Positions 27,625-38,666 of a stretch of 64,000 nt of DNA are shown in pieces. Both the position numbers and the translations under genes were made by a program. The notes below the pieces were generated by a model. That model saw only the letters and a program-made list of their open reading frames with translations, made no database searches and was not told the origin of the DNA. The stretch's first letter is position 1. Each line of letters starts with the position of its first letter. The DNA is from Clostridiales bacterium (lineage in GTDB: Bacteria; Bacillota; Clostridia; Christensenellales; JAISNN01), in the NCBI GenBank assembly GCA_031275485.1, contig JAISOS010000033.1, forward strand, positions 207-64,206. Direction: 5' to 3'.

Positions 27625-30600
27625 TCACACAGCTCTTTCGGCGTTTTTAACCGCCTCGCTGAGCTGTACCGACACCAATTTAGACACGCCCTTTTCCTCC
27701 ATAGTAACGCCGTAGAGAGTGTCGGCGAGTTCCATCGTCGGCTTTCTGTGCGTGATTACTATGAACTGCGTGTTCTTGCTGAATTTCTTCAAATATTCCG
27801 CAAAGAGATTCGCGTTCGCGTCGTCAAGCGCGGCTTCTATTTCGTCAAGCACGCAAAAAGGCATGGGCTTTAATTTCAGAATCGCGAACAGTATCGCGAT
27901 CGCCGTCAGCGCCTTTTCGCCGCCCGAAAGCAGAGAAATATGCTGCAATTTTTTGCCCGGCGGCTCGGCGTAAATCTCTATTCCCGCATTCAAAACGTCC
28001 TTGTCGCCGCTTTCCTCAAGTTGCAATTTCGCCTTGCCGCCGTTGAAAAGCTGCTTGAAAATCGCCATAAAATTCTCGTTTATCTTGTCGAATTCGGACT
28101 TGAACTTCGCGTTCATCTCCCGGGTCAGGTCGTTGATTATGCCGACTAAATCGCTCTCCGCCCGTTGCATATCGTCGCGCTGGACAATCATGCAGTTGTA
28201 GCGTTCGCCGACCTCCTCGTATTCCTTTACGGCAAGCATATTGACGTCGCCGAGATCGTCGATTTTTTTCTTCAACCGGCCTATTAGCGTCAACGACTTC
28301 CGGTAGTCGTATTCCGCCGCTCTGAGCGGCAGGGCGGACGCGTAATCCAAGCCGTACTCATCCCGAACCTTTTCCTCCAAAACGCGGCTTTCCGCTTCTA
28401 TCCGCTCCGCCGCGCTCTCCTCTCTGACTTTCCTTTCGCCGAGCGCGGAAATTTCCTCCGCCTTTTTGCCGCGCCGATCCTCAAGCTCCGAAAGCTCGCG
28501 GCGGCATTCCTCCTTGTATTCGTCAAGCCCCTCTAAAACCGCCTTTAATTCCTCAATTCTCAGGCGTTCCTCCCCGCTCATAGCTTCGAAAGCGGCTTTT
28601 TCCTCCTGCTCGGCTATCGTTGCGGCAAGCCTTGCCAGCGCGCCCTCCAATTCGGCGATTTTCAAAACGTCGGCATTCAGACCGCGCGAAAGCGCGGCTA
28701 TGCTCTCCCGTAACGCTTCCGCGTCCTTTTGCCCCTCCGTAAGCGCGACCCGCGCATCTGTCGCCGCATTCTCCAAGCGTTCGCGCTCCCCGCGCTTTTC
28801 GTTCATTCCGCGACGGCTCTCCTCGCGCAATTCTTCGATGCTCTTTCTGCGGTTTACCGTGTCCTCCCCGAGTCTGTCCACGCTCTCTATATCGCGTCTT
28901 ATCTCCGAGAGGCGCGCATCCGTCGCCGCAAGCCGCGCTTCTATACCGCGTATTTCGCTCAAAACCGCATCCGTCCGAGACGAGACCTTTTCGAGTCTTT
29001 CGGCAAGCGCGGCATGCGCGATTTCATTTTTTTTCAGAACGTCGCCGCGTTTTTTTATATCGACGCTTATCGATTCCGATTCCCTTTCGGCTATTTTCAG
29101 CGCCTTGTCAAGCATTTCGTTCTGCCCTCGGCTCTTCGAAAGCGCCGTAGCCGTCTGCGCTATGCTCCTGTCGCGGCTGATTATATCCGCATTGCTGTCG
29201 CTCTTACGGCTTCCTCCCGTGATCGCGCCGCTCGGCATAAATATGTCGCCGTCCAGGGTAACTATCCGGAACGCGTAATTATACCTCTTCGCGATACCCG
29301 CCGCCGTGTCTATATTGTCCGCGACGACGGTTCTGCCAAGCAAATTCCTGATTATTCCGCGGAATTTCACGTCGCAACCGATAAGCTCGGACGCCACGCC
29401 GAAACAGCCCGGTATTTTCATTATCCCTTCGTATTCTTTCTCCAAAAGACGCGCCTTTACGCTCGTGAGCGGCAGAAATGTCGCCCTGCCGTACCGCTTG
29501 TCTTTGAGATAGGCTATGAGGCTTTTGGCGTCGTCCTCGTCGCCCACAATAATATGTTGTAGCGCCGCGCCCAACGCCGTGTCCACCGCCTGCTCGTATT
29601 TTTCCTCGACTTTTATGACCTCGGCGACGACGCCGAGAATCCGCTCCTTTAAATTTTTGTCGGACTTGCCGTCCGTCATCAGCTTTTTGACGGGATAGAC
29701 GTAGCCTTCGTACTCGTTTTTAATCTCGTCAAGCATACGCGCCCGCGTTTCCAACGCAGCGATTCTTTGCGTCAGATTCTTGCTCTCCTCGCGGCCTCTG
29801 CCTATTTTTATCCGCTTTTCCGTATACTCTCTTTCCAGCCGCTCGACATCCTTCGCCGTGTTTTTCACCGCCTCGCCGACAGCCGCCGCTTCTTTCTCCG
29901 TAGCCGCCCTTTCGCGCCCGAGCGCCTCCGCAGACGCTCTCAATTCGTCCAGCCCGTTCAAAGCCGTAACGCGGCTCTCTTTCAGCATTTCCTCCTCTTT
30001 GATTAATTGCGACATATTCGACTTAATTTCGGCAAGTCTGCCGATATTTTCTATAACGCTGCGATCGTTCTCCTCGGCGGCGCGCTCGCGCTCGCTCAAA
30101 TTCGCCTTTAAAGCGGCAAGCTCATCCGAAACAAGCCTCAGCCGCTCCGCCGCCGCAAGGTTTTTTTCTTTGAGAACTTCCGCGCGCGCCTCAGCTTCCG
30201 CAAGCGCCTTTTTTTTGTCCGCGACAGAATTCCTCAAAGCGGCAAGCTCGCCGTTTATACGGCTCCCGCCCGCCCGCAAATTACTCAGCCGCTCGCCGAA
30301 CACTTTCAGTTCGCCCGCGTTTTTCTCCGCCTCGACAAGATGCGCCGTCAGCTCCTCTCGGCAATCCGCAATCTTTTTGTCCGCGCCGTTTATGCCATCC
30401 ATACGCTCGTTGAAAGCGGCTGTCAGCTCGTTATACGCGTTTCGCTCGGCGGTCAGCCGCTCCTCCGTCTCCAAAATTTTGCGGTTGATTTCATCCTTTT
30501 CGCGCTCGTTGTTCTCATATTGATATATGTAGGCGTTTACCTCGTTAAATCTAAGCTCGTCCTTTAACTCCCTGCACCGCATCGCGTCATCCGATTGCTT

Positions 30601-31218
30601 CCTCAGCGGCTCGATTTGACGGAACAGCTCGCCCATAATGTCCTCGTGGCGGCTAAGATTTTCGCGCGCTCTTACCAGCCTCCGCTCCGCCTCGATTTTT
30701 TTGCTTTTAGACTTGGCTATGCCCGCCGCCTCCTCGAATATGTTGCGGCGGTCGTCGGGCTTCGCGCTCAAAATTTCGTCGATTTTGCCCTGACCTATTA
30801 TGCTGTATCCCTCTCTGCCCGCGCCCGTGTCACGTAAAAGATCGACTATATCTTTTAGCCGGCAATTGTTTCCGTTAATCAAGTATTCGCTGTCGCCCGA
30901 ACGGTCCAATTTTCTCGTCAGTACCAATTCGTCGAAATCTATGCCGAATTGCCTGTTCCCGTTGTCAAAAAAAAGCGAAACCTCGCAATACGAAGTGGAT
31001 TTTCTGTTCTCCGTACCGTTGAATATAACGTCCTGCATAGACTTTCCGCGCAGAGTCTTCGCACTCTGCTCGCCCAAAACCCATCTCACCGCGTCCGCGA
31101 CGTTGCTCTTGCCGCAGCCGTTCGGACCGACGATAGCCGTAACCTCGCTGTCAAACTCGATTTTAGTCCTGTCCGCGAAGGATTTGAAGCCTTGCATCTC
31201 AATTTTGCTGAAATTCAT
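27625..31218 (-). CDS. smc: chromosome segregation protein SMC
   Basis: 1197 aa with Walker A GPNGCGKSN, long coiled coils, a hinge, the LSGGEKALTAIA signature and Walker B FCVLDEIEAALD. Confidence 0.95.
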   Translation of the reverse strand: MNFSKIEMQGFKSFADRTKIEFDSEVTAIVGPNGCGKSNVADAVRWVLGEQSAKTLRGKSMQDVIFNGTENRKSTSYCEVSLFFDNGNRQFGIDFDELVLTRKLDRSGDSEYLINGNNCRLKDIVDLLRDTGAGREGYSIIGQGKIDEILSAKPDDRRNIFEEAAGIAKSKSKKIEAERRLVRARENLSRHEDIMGELFRQIEPLRKQSDDAMRCRELKDELRFNEVNAYIYQYENNEREKDEINRKILETEERLTAERNAYNELTAAFNERMDGINGADKKIADCREELTAHLVEAEKNAGELKVFGERLSNLRAGGSRINGELAALRNSVADKKKALAEAEARAEVLKEKNLAAAERLRLVSDELAALKANLSERERAAEENDRSVIENIGRLAEIKSNMSQLIKEEEMLKESRVTALNGLDELRASAEALGRERAATEKEAAAVGEAVKNTAKDVERLEREYTEKRIKIGRGREESKNLTQRIAALETRARMLDEIKNEYEGYVYPVKKLMTDGKSDKNLKERILGVVAEVIKVEEKYEQAVDTALGAALQHIIVGDEDDAKSLIAYLKDKRYGRATFLPLTSVKARLLEKEYEGIMKIPGCFGVASELIGCDVKFRGIIRNLLGRTVVADNIDTAAGIAKRYNYAFRIVTLDGDIFMPSGAITGGSRKSDSNADIISRDRSIAQTATALSKSRGQNEMLDKALKIAERESESISVDIKKRGDVLKKNEIAHAALAERLEKVSSRTDAVLSEIRGIEARLAATDARLSEIRRDIESVDRLGEDTVNRRKSIEELREESRRGMNEKRGERERLENAATDARVALTEGQKDAEALRESIAALSRGLNADVLKIAELEGALARLAATIAEQEEKAAFEAMSGEERLRIEELKAVLEGLDEYKEECRRELSELEDRRGKKAEEISALGERKVREESAAERIEAESRVLEEKVRDEYGLDYASALPLRAAEYDYRKSLTLIGRLKKKIDDLGDVNMLAVKEYEEVGERYNCMIVQRDDMQRAESDLVGIINDLTREMNAKFKSEFDKINENFMAIFKQLFNGGKAKLQLEESGDKDVLNAGIEIYAEPPGKKLQHISLLSGGEKALTAIAILFAILKLKPMPFCVLDEIEAALDDANANLFAEYLKKFSKNTQFIVITHRKPTMELADTLYGVTMEEKGVSKLVSVQLSEAVKNAERAV

Positions 31219-31620
31219 CAGGTAAGCCCCTATTAATTAGTAAAATTTCTCCGTATCGCTTTTCCCGCGCGATTGCGTATCCGTATTTTAATTTCAATTA
31301 TTATATCATTAAAATTTGCCGATGTCAATTCTATAAGCGTATATCTTTCGACCGTCGGGATTACCCGTTACGATACATTCGCCGATATACCGCTCTTGCC
31401 GTTTCTTAGCGGGAATTTGCGCATGTTAACCGCGCGTTCTTTGATAAGCGTTTCGCCGATAGTTATTTATAGTATGCGTCCTGCCGCCTTATTTCATATA
31501 TTATTAGCGGAGACTTTAAAACAATGCATCTTAAAACCCTTTGAAAATCTTTCGGAAAGAGAACGGCGCCGAAAAATACGGTCTCCTCATCCGTTCCGTT
31601 TCATATAATAAAAACACCGA

Positions 31621-31682
31621 AAGTCTTATAGGCGCGGGGAACGTTCTTCTTTCTTTAAAGAAAATACCCCCGCATAATCTTT
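31621..31682 (+). repeat. REP1 hairpin element (diverged stem)
   Basis: aagtcttataggcgcggggaacg..aaaatacccccgcataatcttt. Lies 29 bp before the ATG at 31711. Confidence 0.6.
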
Positions 31683-31710
31683 AAAAAAGAAAAAAGGAAT
31701 TCTTAAGTTT

Positions 31711-32895
31711 ATGAGCAAAACCAACTTATACGGAATAATAAAAGAAATTTACGCCGCCGCAACGGAAAAAAACGGCGTTGAAACCGGCGTGCTCGGAAAA
31801 ACCGTGCTCGGCTTTCCTATTCCCTACATAAAAAAAGGGCACGGATGCGGAAATGTGAGCGGAAGTACGGGCGGAAACGCAAACGGAAACGAACGCGCGA
31901 GAGAAAAGGAAGAAAAACGGAAAGAGGCGTTGATTTTCGGCGCGATCCACGCGCGCGAATACGTTACCGCGCCGCTCGTTCTCAAAATGTCTGAGAAATA
32001 CGCGGGCGAAACCGCCGTATATTTTGTGCCCGCCGTCAATATAGACGGCTTGGCGCTTTCGATTTTCGGCATAGATTTCGTCGAATATTTGGGACGGCTT
32101 TACGGCGAATACCCGCACCCGCGTTCCGCCGACCGCCCGAATTTCCGATACGCCTGCGGACTCGGAAGACGGCGCGAAAATCCCGCCGCGCTTTTTTGCG
32201 AATGCGCGGAATTTTTCGGTGAAATCGAACGGCTTGCCGTTGAAAAAACTATCGCGCAATCCGCGTTTCTTTCGGAAAACTTTCAGAAAAATTCAAACGG
32301 TTTCGGCGGCGGCAATTCCCGCGGTCCCGCCGCCGATACTTCGGACGAATTGCCGCTTTCGCCGTTTTCGGAAAATCTATTGAAAATCAACGGTTACAGC
32401 CGCGATTTTTCGCTATGGAAAGCGAATATAGACGCCGTCGATCTGAACGTAAATTTCGACGCCGACTGGGGCGGAGGCGCGCAAAACGTCCGCTATCCTG
32501 CACCCGCTAATTTTATAGGACCTTATCCCGAGAGCGAACCGGAAACGCGCGCGCTCGTAAATTTCACAAAATCGCATGACTTTTTCTGCGTTTTGTGCTA
32601 TCATAGCAAGGGCGATTTAATTTATTACGGGTACGGCGGCCGCTTCCCCGACCGGGAATTCGCCGAGCAAATTTCGCGCTCCACGGGTTATCCGCTTACG
32701 CAAAGCGAAAACAGCGCGGGCGGCTATAAGGATTGGTTTACTCTGAAATTCGACAGACCCGCCCTAACCGTGGAAGTCGGCGGCGAAAGTTTCTCCCGGG
32801 TCGAACTGCTCGAACGCTTCGACGAAATATACGACCGCAATTCAAACGTCGCGAGCATAATAGACCGTTTTGCGCGGGAACGCAAACGTAAGTGA
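31711..32895 (+). CDS. M14-family carboxypeptidase (gamma-D-glutamyl-diamino acid peptidase-like)
   Basis: GAIHAREYVT zinc motif, YFVPAVNIDG and CYHSKGDLIYYGY. Contains G/N/E/K-rich inserts. Confidence 0.7.
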   Translation: MSKTNLYGIIKEIYAAATEKNGVETGVLGKTVLGFPIPYIKKGHGCGNVSGSTGGNANGNERAREKEEKRKEALIFGAIHAREYVTAPLVLKMSEKYAGETAVYFVPAVNIDGLALSIFGIDFVEYLGRLYGEYPHPRSADRPNFRYACGLGRRRENPAALFCECAEFFGEIERLAVEKTIAQSAFLSENFQKNSNGFGGGNSRGPAADTSDELPLSPFSENLLKINGYSRDFSLWKANIDAVDLNVNFDADWGGGAQNVRYPAPANFIGPYPESEPETRALVNFTKSHDFFCVLCYHSKGDLIYYGYGGRFPDREFAEQISRSTGYPLTQSENSAGGYKDWFTLKFDRPALTVEVGGESFSRVELLERFDEIYDRNSNVASIIDRFARERKRK

Positions 32896-32915
32896 TTTTT
32901 TTGGGGGGGATTTTA

Positions 32916-32980
32916 AAAAAATTACGCGGGTGGAAACCTCTTTTGAAAAAAAGGCTTTTTTCTCGCGCCCCTTTCCAAAG
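32916..32980 (-). repeat. REP1 hairpin element
   Basis: aaaaattacgcgggtggaaacc..ctcgcgcccctttccaaag. Lies 21 bp after the M14 stop. Confidence 0.65.
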
Positions 32981-33355
32981 GGCAAAGGTCTCCTTGTTTT
33001 AGTAATTACGTATGAACCGAGAGATGCGGATAAATTTTGCAAAAGACAAAGAAAACGCCGCGGCGGGAGTTTACGGCAAAGCGCGCGTCGAATAATCTCG
33101 CTTTAAAAATGAAACGCCGCGCGAACGGCGGGGAATTGTTAAAATCTCTGAAAAATAAACCGCGCATCAAATTTATGACGCTTTATGAATATCAAACCGG
33201 CGCAAAACCGTTGCGCCGTCATTAAAAAAAACGACGTTTAATTTGAAAATTTAACGAGTATAAAAAACAAGATCTATAAAATTTTTTAGAAAGAACACAT
33301 GGGAAAAGACACCCTGCCGACAGCAAAACGACGCCGCTTTGATAATAAAAGCGTT

Positions 33356-33425
33356 GAAGTTTTTTCGGAAAGGAGCGCGGGAGAAAAACCTTTTATTCGC
33401 AAAAGGTCACCCCCGCGTAAATTTT
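33356..33425 (+). repeat. REP1 hairpin element
   Basis: gaagttttttcggaaaggagcgcgggagaaaaacc..aaaaggtcacccccgcgtaaatttt. Lies 19 bp before the tadA ATG. Confidence 0.75.
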
Positions 33426-33443
33426 ATAAAAAAAGAGGAAAAA

Positions 33444-33890
33444 ATGAATCCCGAATTTTACATGAAAAAGGCTTTGGCGATGGCGAGAAAGGCGTATGTT
33501 GCGGGCGAAGTGCCCGTCGGCGCGGTCGTCGTTTCGTCGGACGGCGGGAAGATTATATCGTCGGCGTTCAACGTCGTAGAAAAAAGCCGAAGCGTTTTAG
33601 GTCACGCGGAGATACAGGCGATTAAAAAAGCCGAAAAAAAAATCGGCGGATGGCGGCTCAACGACTGCGATATGTTCGTTACCCTCGAACCCTGCCCTAT
33701 GTGCGCGGGCGCGATAATCAATTCGCGCATAAACAACCTCTATTACGGTGCGTCCGACGACAAAGCGTGCAGTAAAAGTATATTCGAATCGGGCGGCTAT
33801 AACCACACCGTCAATCTTTTTCCCGGCGTTTTGCGGGAGGAATGTCTCTCGCTCATAAAAACATTCTTCGCGGAACGCCGCAAATTTTAA
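33444..33890 (+). CDS. tadA: tRNA adenosine(34) deaminase
   Basis: HAEIQAIKKA and PCPMCAGA zinc motifs. Start moved to ATG 33444 (GAGGAAAAA SD) because the longer ORF reads through REP1. Confidence 0.9.
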   Translation: MNPEFYMKKALAMARKAYVAGEVPVGAVVVSSDGGKIISSAFNVVEKSRSVLGHAEIQAIKKAEKKIGGWRLNDCDMFVTLEPCPMCAGAIINSRINNLYYGASDDKACSKSIFESGGYNHTVNLFPGVLREECLSLIKTFFAERRKF

Positions 33891-33913
33891 ATTTTTACAT
33901 AAAAAATTTTTAT

Positions 33914-33981
33914 AAAAATTACACGGGGAAAATCTTTTACGCGTAAAAGGTTTTCCCCGCGCCCCTTTCTCAAAAAACATT
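33914..33981 (-). repeat. REP1 hairpin element
   Basis: aaaaattacacggggaaaatctttt-acgcgt-aaaaggttttccccgcgcccctttctcaaaaaacatt. Lies 24 bp after the tadA stop. Confidence 0.75.
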
Positions 33982-34070
33982 AACGGTTTTTACGACCGTT
34001 ATGAATTTAAATCGCGTTAAAGATAACGTTTGCTTTCTCGCCGTAAGCGGCTAAAGTTTTTTTTCATATT

Positions 34071-34114
34071 ATGGCAAGGGTAATAAAAAACGGTTCTTTT
34101 CGCCGTAAACGGCG
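34071..34114 (+). repeat. R2 repeat, partial copy
   Basis: atggcaagggtaataaaaaacggttcttttcgccgtaaacggcg aligns to the central part of the R2 copies at 39574 and 62260. Confidence 0.4.
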
Positions 34115-34262
34115 GATGTATCTTTTTTCTACCGAAAACTTGAGTAATGCTCCTTCCGCAGTTCCTTGCCGCCTCGTCCGATAAATTCACAAAGGTTTGC
34201 CCCCGCATAAATTTTCAAATCGGCTAATATAATAATATTATTATCGGCGGAGAAATTTATTT

Positions 34263-35069
34263 ATGGCGGAATTTTTTATAGCCTTTATTAAAACGTTTGT
34301 CAAAAGCGACGTAATGACGGTTATGTTGCTTGCCGTCTCGCCGTTTATAGAGGCGAGAGGAGCGATACCGTTCGCGTTCGGGATAGGAATGCCGCCGCTT
34401 TCCGCATTCGTAACCTGCGCATTCGCCGCGACCTTGGCGATTCCCGTCATACTGTTGCTGTTCGCGCCCGCCGCCGCTTTCCTAAAAAAATTCCGCCTAA
34501 CGGGCGGACTCGTCCTCGCCTTAGAGGAAATGATCGAGGCTAAAATGAAAAACTTAACGGAAAAAGCCGAAAAAATTGAAAACAAAATTCGCAAGCCCGA
34601 AAAAAACGCCTTGAAAAAAATCTTTTCCGTAATTTTACGGCTGAAAAAAGTCTTTTTCGACGGTGAAAATCCCCGAAAATCCGACGGTATTTCGGAAAAT
34701 TTGCCTTTGGATCAAGAGCGCTTGGAAGCTCAAAACAAGCCGGCGCCTTCTCCGAAAAAAATCGACGCGCAATATAAAATGCTGTTTCTGCTTGCCGCCG
34801 CCCCCGTTCCTCTGACGGGCATATGGTCAAGCTCCGCCGTCGCCGCGCTCTTAAAATCGGACAAACTATCCGCTTTCACCGCGATCGCGCTCGGCAATCT
34901 CTGCTCGTCGGCGGTCTTGACGCTGTTATTAAGATTTTTCGCCGCCCAAGCCGCGCTGATTTTAAACGTATTTATAGCTCTGATAGCCTTTACCGCAATT
35001 TATACGATAATTAAAATAATTTCGACGTCGAAAAGGCTAAAAAAACGAAGCAATTCTGCGGCAAACTAA
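34263..35069 (+). CDS. small multidrug-export-like membrane protein (COG2426-type) with central insert
   Basis: N-terminal LLAVSPFIEARGAIPFAFGIGMP and C-terminal PVPLTGIWSSSAVAALL halves are split by a K/E-rich ~85-aa insert. Confidence 0.55.
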   Translation: MAEFFIAFIKTFVKSDVMTVMLLAVSPFIEARGAIPFAFGIGMPPLSAFVTCAFAATLAIPVILLLFAPAAAFLKKFRLTGGLVLALEEMIEAKMKNLTEKAEKIENKIRKPEKNALKKIFSVILRLKKVFFDGENPRKSDGISENLPLDQERLEAQNKPAPSPKKIDAQYKMLFLLAAAPVPLTGIWSSSAVAALLKSDKLSAFTAIALGNLCSSAVLTLLLRFFAAQAALILNVFIALIAFTAIYTIIKIISTSKRLKKRSNSAAN

Positions 35070-35434
35070 AAAACGACGTTTCCGCGTTTAAAAACTCGAC
35101 GGACGCGACGACTTGTATTCATAACCGGAAGCGCGGGATTCGCAAGGAATTTTCGCGTTTGTTAAGGCGGCTTTTCAAGACCGTATCGGCGTTGCGACAA
35201 GAAAAACCGACGTAAGCGAGCTTAAAAGGACGCATTAGAAAGCCTCGTTTAAAACTATGGATACAAGTTTTACGCGCCTTATGTCCGTTCTCCCTTATAA
35301 CCTCGCAAGACGGGCTTGCCGCCGCTCCAATTATTCCCGAATTAAACTCCGCCGCGAACGCGGCGCATATAAAATAAACCGCCGGATATCATTTTTTACC
35401 GCGAAAGTTTAGAACCTCCGATAATTTTATCCCG

Positions 35435-36967
35435 TTATCTCGCAAGTACGGGCTTGCGCGCCGCCTTTACCTCGTCGGGTCTGCCCACGTGGGCGGTAAA
35501 CGGCGCGTTTTTTATTTTTTCCGGATTTTTCGCCGCCTCGCCGACAATCTCTCTAAGCGCGGCCGCGGCGGCGTCTATCGTTTCTTTTGATTCGGTTTCG
35601 GTCGGCTCGAACATCAGCGCCTCGTGCACGGTTAAAGGGAAATATACCGTCGGCGGATGCATTCCGTAATCTATCAGCGCCTTGGCTATATCCAGAGCCG
35701 AAACGCCCGTATCCACCTTTAATTTTTCGGCGGACACGACGAACTCATGCATACACGCGCCGCCGAATTTCTTTGACTTTTCGCTTTCGGCGGCGCATTC
35801 AAAGCTTCCCGCACATCCCCCTTCGCCACCGCATTCCGAAACTTCGGTCTTATTCATACGCGCGCCGCCGAACGGCGCTTCGAGAAATTCCGAAACGAGC
35901 GCGCACATATAATTCGCGTTCAGCACGGCTTTTTCCGCCGCGTCGCGTATGCCGCCGCGTCCCAGCGCGATTATATACGCGAAAGCTTTAAGCGCGACCA
36001 GGAAGTTCCCGTAAAAGGAGCGCACTTTGCCTACGGATTTTTTAGGCGGCTTTAAAAAACCGTACCCGCCTTCCGACGCGCCTACAAGCGGATAGGGTAA
36101 AAAATCCCGCAAAAAGCTCTTGCAAAGCACGGGACCGCTCCCCGGCCCGCCGCCGCCGTGGGGTGCGGAAAAGGTCTTGTGCAGGTTTATATGCATAATG
36201 TCGAAGCCCATATCTCCGGGGCGGATCTTACCCATTACGGCGTTCAAATTCGCGCCGTCGTAATAGAGCAGAGAATCGTTCGCGTGTATAATTTCAGCGA
36301 TTTCCGCGATATTTTTTTCATACAAGCCGAGCGTGTTCGGATTTGTCAGCATAAGCGCGGCGACGCCGCCGTCCGTTTCGGCGCGTAGGGCGTTCAAATC
36401 CACCAGACCGTCGCGCCGCGACGGAATATTGACTACGGAAAAGCCCGCCATCGCCGCGCTCGCGGGATTTGTGCCGTGCGCGGAATCGGGCACAAGGATT
36501 TTCTTACGGCGCTCGCCCTTGCTCCTGAAATAAGCGTCCGTCATAAGCAACGACGTAAATTCGCCGTGCGCGCCTGCGGCGGGCTGCAACGAACCGTCGT
36601 CCATACCCGTTATCTCTTTCAGATACTCGGTCAAAAGATATACGACTTCCAAAGCCCCCTGAACCGTCGTCTCGTCCTGCAATGGGTGAATATCCGTAAA
36701 GCCGCAAAGCCCCGCCATACTTTCGTGCAGCTTCGGATTGTATTTCATCGTGCAGGAACCCAGAGGATAAAAGCCGCTGTCCACGCCGTAGGCTCGGGCG
36801 GATAAAGCGTCGTAGTGACGCACCAAATCCAGCTCCGAAACCTCTGGGAGCTCGGCGGCGGCGATTCTCAAAAACCCGGCGTTTTTCACCGAATAAACGG
36901 GAATTTCCGACGCGGGCAACGTTACGCACGCCCTGTCCTTTACGGATTTATCGAATATCAAACGCAT
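35435..36967 (-). CDS. gcvPB: glycine dehydrogenase (decarboxylating) subunit 2
   Basis: [27 protein letters not shown] carrying the PLP lysine, and MFEPTE. Start set at ATG 36967 (MRLIFDKS). Confidence 0.9.
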   Translation of the reverse strand: MRLIFDKSVKDRACVTLPASEIPVYSVKNAGFLRIAAAELPEVSELDLVRHYDALSARAYGVDSGFYPLGSCTMKYNPKLHESMAGLCGFTDIHPLQDETTVQGALEVVYLLTEYLKEITGMDDGSLQPAAGAHGEFTSLLMTDAYFRSKGERRKKILVPDSAHGTNPASAAMAGFSVVNIPSRRDGLVDLNALRAETDGGVAALMLTNPNTLGLYEKNIAEIAEIIHANDSLLYYDGANLNAVMGKIRPGDMGFDIMHINLHKTFSAPHGGGGPGSGPVLCKSFLRDFLPYPLVGASEGGYGFLKPPKKSVGKVRSFYGNFLVALKAFAYIIALGRGGIRDAAEKAVLNANYMCALVSEFLEAPFGGARMNKTEVSECGGEGGCAGSFECAAESEKSKKFGGACMHEFVVSAEKLKVDTGVSALDIAKALIDYGMHPPTVYFPLTVHEALMFEPTETESKETIDAAAAALREIVGEAAKNPEKIKNAPFTAHVGRPDEVKAARKPVLAR

Positions 36968-37170
36968 AATTTTTTTCCTTTTTACCGAATTTAAACGCGG
37001 AACTTTTTTCATTCCGGCGAATATGAAACGCGGACTTTTTCCTTTTGTCAAATACAAAACGCGTATGTTTTTTTTAAGAAACGACGGCGCGAAACCGTAT
37101 TTGTTTTTTCTCATTTTTTTCGCGTATAACGCGCGGTTTTCGCGCTTAAACGATTTGTAAAACAAACATC

Positions 37171-37236
37171 GAAGTTTTTGGGAAAGGAGCGCTTGGGAAA
37201 CCTTTTTTTACAGCAAGGTTTCTCTTACATAATCTT
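37171..37236 (+). repeat. REP1 hairpin element (diverged)
   Basis: gaagtttttgggaaaggagcgcttgggaaacc..aaggtttctcttacataatctt. Lies 12 bp from the gcvPA stop. Confidence 0.6.
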
Positions 37237-37247
37237 AAATCAAATAT

Positions 37248-38582
37248 TCATACTCTTTCCACGAGCTCCGCAAGTCCGTCTATTTGCTTTTTATCGTTCA
37301 TTTCGGTGGCGCACCAGAGAATTTCTCTTTCATTCAATTTTAAACCGCCTAGAATATCCGCCTCGTCCAGCAACTTCAATATCCGGGAGCTTTTTTTACT
37401 GTCCGAAACGGTGACAAATTCGTTAAAAAATTCCGCGTTCTTATACTTCAAGCGCAGACCCGCCCTCTCCAATTTTTCCGCCAAATAGTGCGCCTTGTCA
37501 AAGCAGTCTGCGGCGACTGCGCGAAAGCCGTTTTTCCCGAGCGCGCAAAGATAAACCGCCGCCGCGAGCGCGCAAAGCGCCTCGTTCGAGCAAATACTCG
37601 ACGACGCCTTTTCGCGGCGTATGTGCTGTTCGCGCGCCTGCAATGTCAGAACATAAACGGTTCTTCCCTCGCGGTCGGTCGTTTCGCCTACAATTCTTCC
37701 CGTCATTTTCCTGACATATTTTTCGCGCGCCGCTATATACCCCAAATAAGGTCCGCCGAAGCTAAGCGGTAATCCCAGAGGCTGTCCCTCTCCCGTGGCA
37801 AAATCCGCGCCGCACTCGCCGGGAGACGCGAGTATTCCGAGCGCCGTAGGATACGAGTGCATAATATACCTTACCCCATTACCGTTCAAAAGCGCGCCGA
37901 ACGCCTTCGCGTCCTCGATATTGCCGTAATAATTCGGCTGCTGTATAAGACAGCACGCCGCATTGCCGCGCGCCGCGATAAAAGCCGCGTCGGTCAGGCC
38001 GTCCTCCGTCAGAGGCGCAAGCGTAACGCTCCGCCCGGTACCGCCGAGATAGGCGGCAACGACCGCTCTTACCTCCGGATTTACGCCCTCCGAAATCAGA
38101 ATATCGCCCGGTTTGTCGGCGACGCACATCAAAACGGCTTCGGCGGCGGACGCCGCGCCGTCGTACATAGAAGCGTTGGAGACGTCCAATCCGGTCAGGC
38201 GGACTATGCCGCTTTGATATTCGAATATCGCCTGCAAAATGCCCTGGCTAAGCTCCGGCTGATACGGCGTGTAGGCCGTCACAAAGCGCGGATTCGCGGT
38301 TATATGACGAACTACGGGAGGTATATAATGGTTGTAAGCCCCCGCGCCCAAAAACACCGCGCCGTAAACCTTGTTTTTAGCCGCAATCCGCTTTAATTCC
38401 CGCTCCGTTTCGAGCGCGGAAAGCCCCTCTTCGCTCAGAATCCCGCCGGTTATTCCGTCTATGCTCCGCGCGGAGCCCGCGCGCTCCGGAATACCGCAAG
38501 CCTCGAAAATTTCCGGCAACGCCGCGCCTATTACTCCGAGCATTTCCTTTACGTCGCGCTCCGTATGAGGCGTGTATCTCAT
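37248..38582 (-). CDS. gcvPA: glycine dehydrogenase (decarboxylating) subunit 1
   Basis: 444 aa with FLGAGAYNHYIP, YTPYQPELSQG and SNASMYDGA motifs. GGGAGG SD. Confidence 0.9.
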   Translation of the reverse strand: MRYTPHTERDVKEMLGVIGAALPEIFEACGIPERAGSARSIDGITGGILSEEGLSALETERELKRIAAKNKVYGAVFLGAGAYNHYIPPVVRHITANPRFVTAYTPYQPELSQGILQAIFEYQSGIVRLTGLDVSNASMYDGAASAAEAVLMCVADKPGDILISEGVNPEVRAVVAAYLGGTGRSVTLAPLTEDGLTDAAFIAARGNAACCLIQQPNYYGNIEDAKAFGALLNGNGVRYIMHSYPTALGILASPGECGADFATGEGQPLGLPLSFGGPYLGYIAAREKYVRKMTGRIVGETTDREGRTVYVLTLQAREQHIRREKASSSICSNEALCALAAAVYLCALGKNGFRAVAADCFDKAHYLAEKLERAGLRLKYKNAEFFNEFVTVSDSKKSSRILKLLDEADILGGLKLNEREILWCATEMNDKKQIDGLAELVERV

Positions 38583-38602
38583 ATTTCCTCCCGTCCTTTT
38601 TT

Positions 38603-38666
38603 ATTTGATTTGCGCGCGGTAAACCTTTTTAAAAAAGTTTACCGCGCGCCTTTTGCCAAAAACTTC
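38603..38666 (-). repeat. REP1 hairpin element
   Basis: Stem gcgcgcggtaaac/gtttaccgcgcgc is fully paired with a different sequence from the consensus. Lies 21 bp upstream of the gcvPA ATG. Confidence 0.7.

Noticed and set aside
28466-30523. Several 247-277-aa S/A/R-rich plus-strand ORFs
   Set aside because: They are antisense to the smc coiled-coil region. The periodic codon composition of coiled coils leaves the opposite strand open. They are not independent genes.
34148-34160. SRP-RNA-like CGGAAGGAGCA (minus strand) downstream of tadA, where Bacillus has its scRNA
   Set aside because: The flanks do not form the helix-8 pairing around a GGAA tetraloop. The neighbourhood aligns instead with the R2 repeat.
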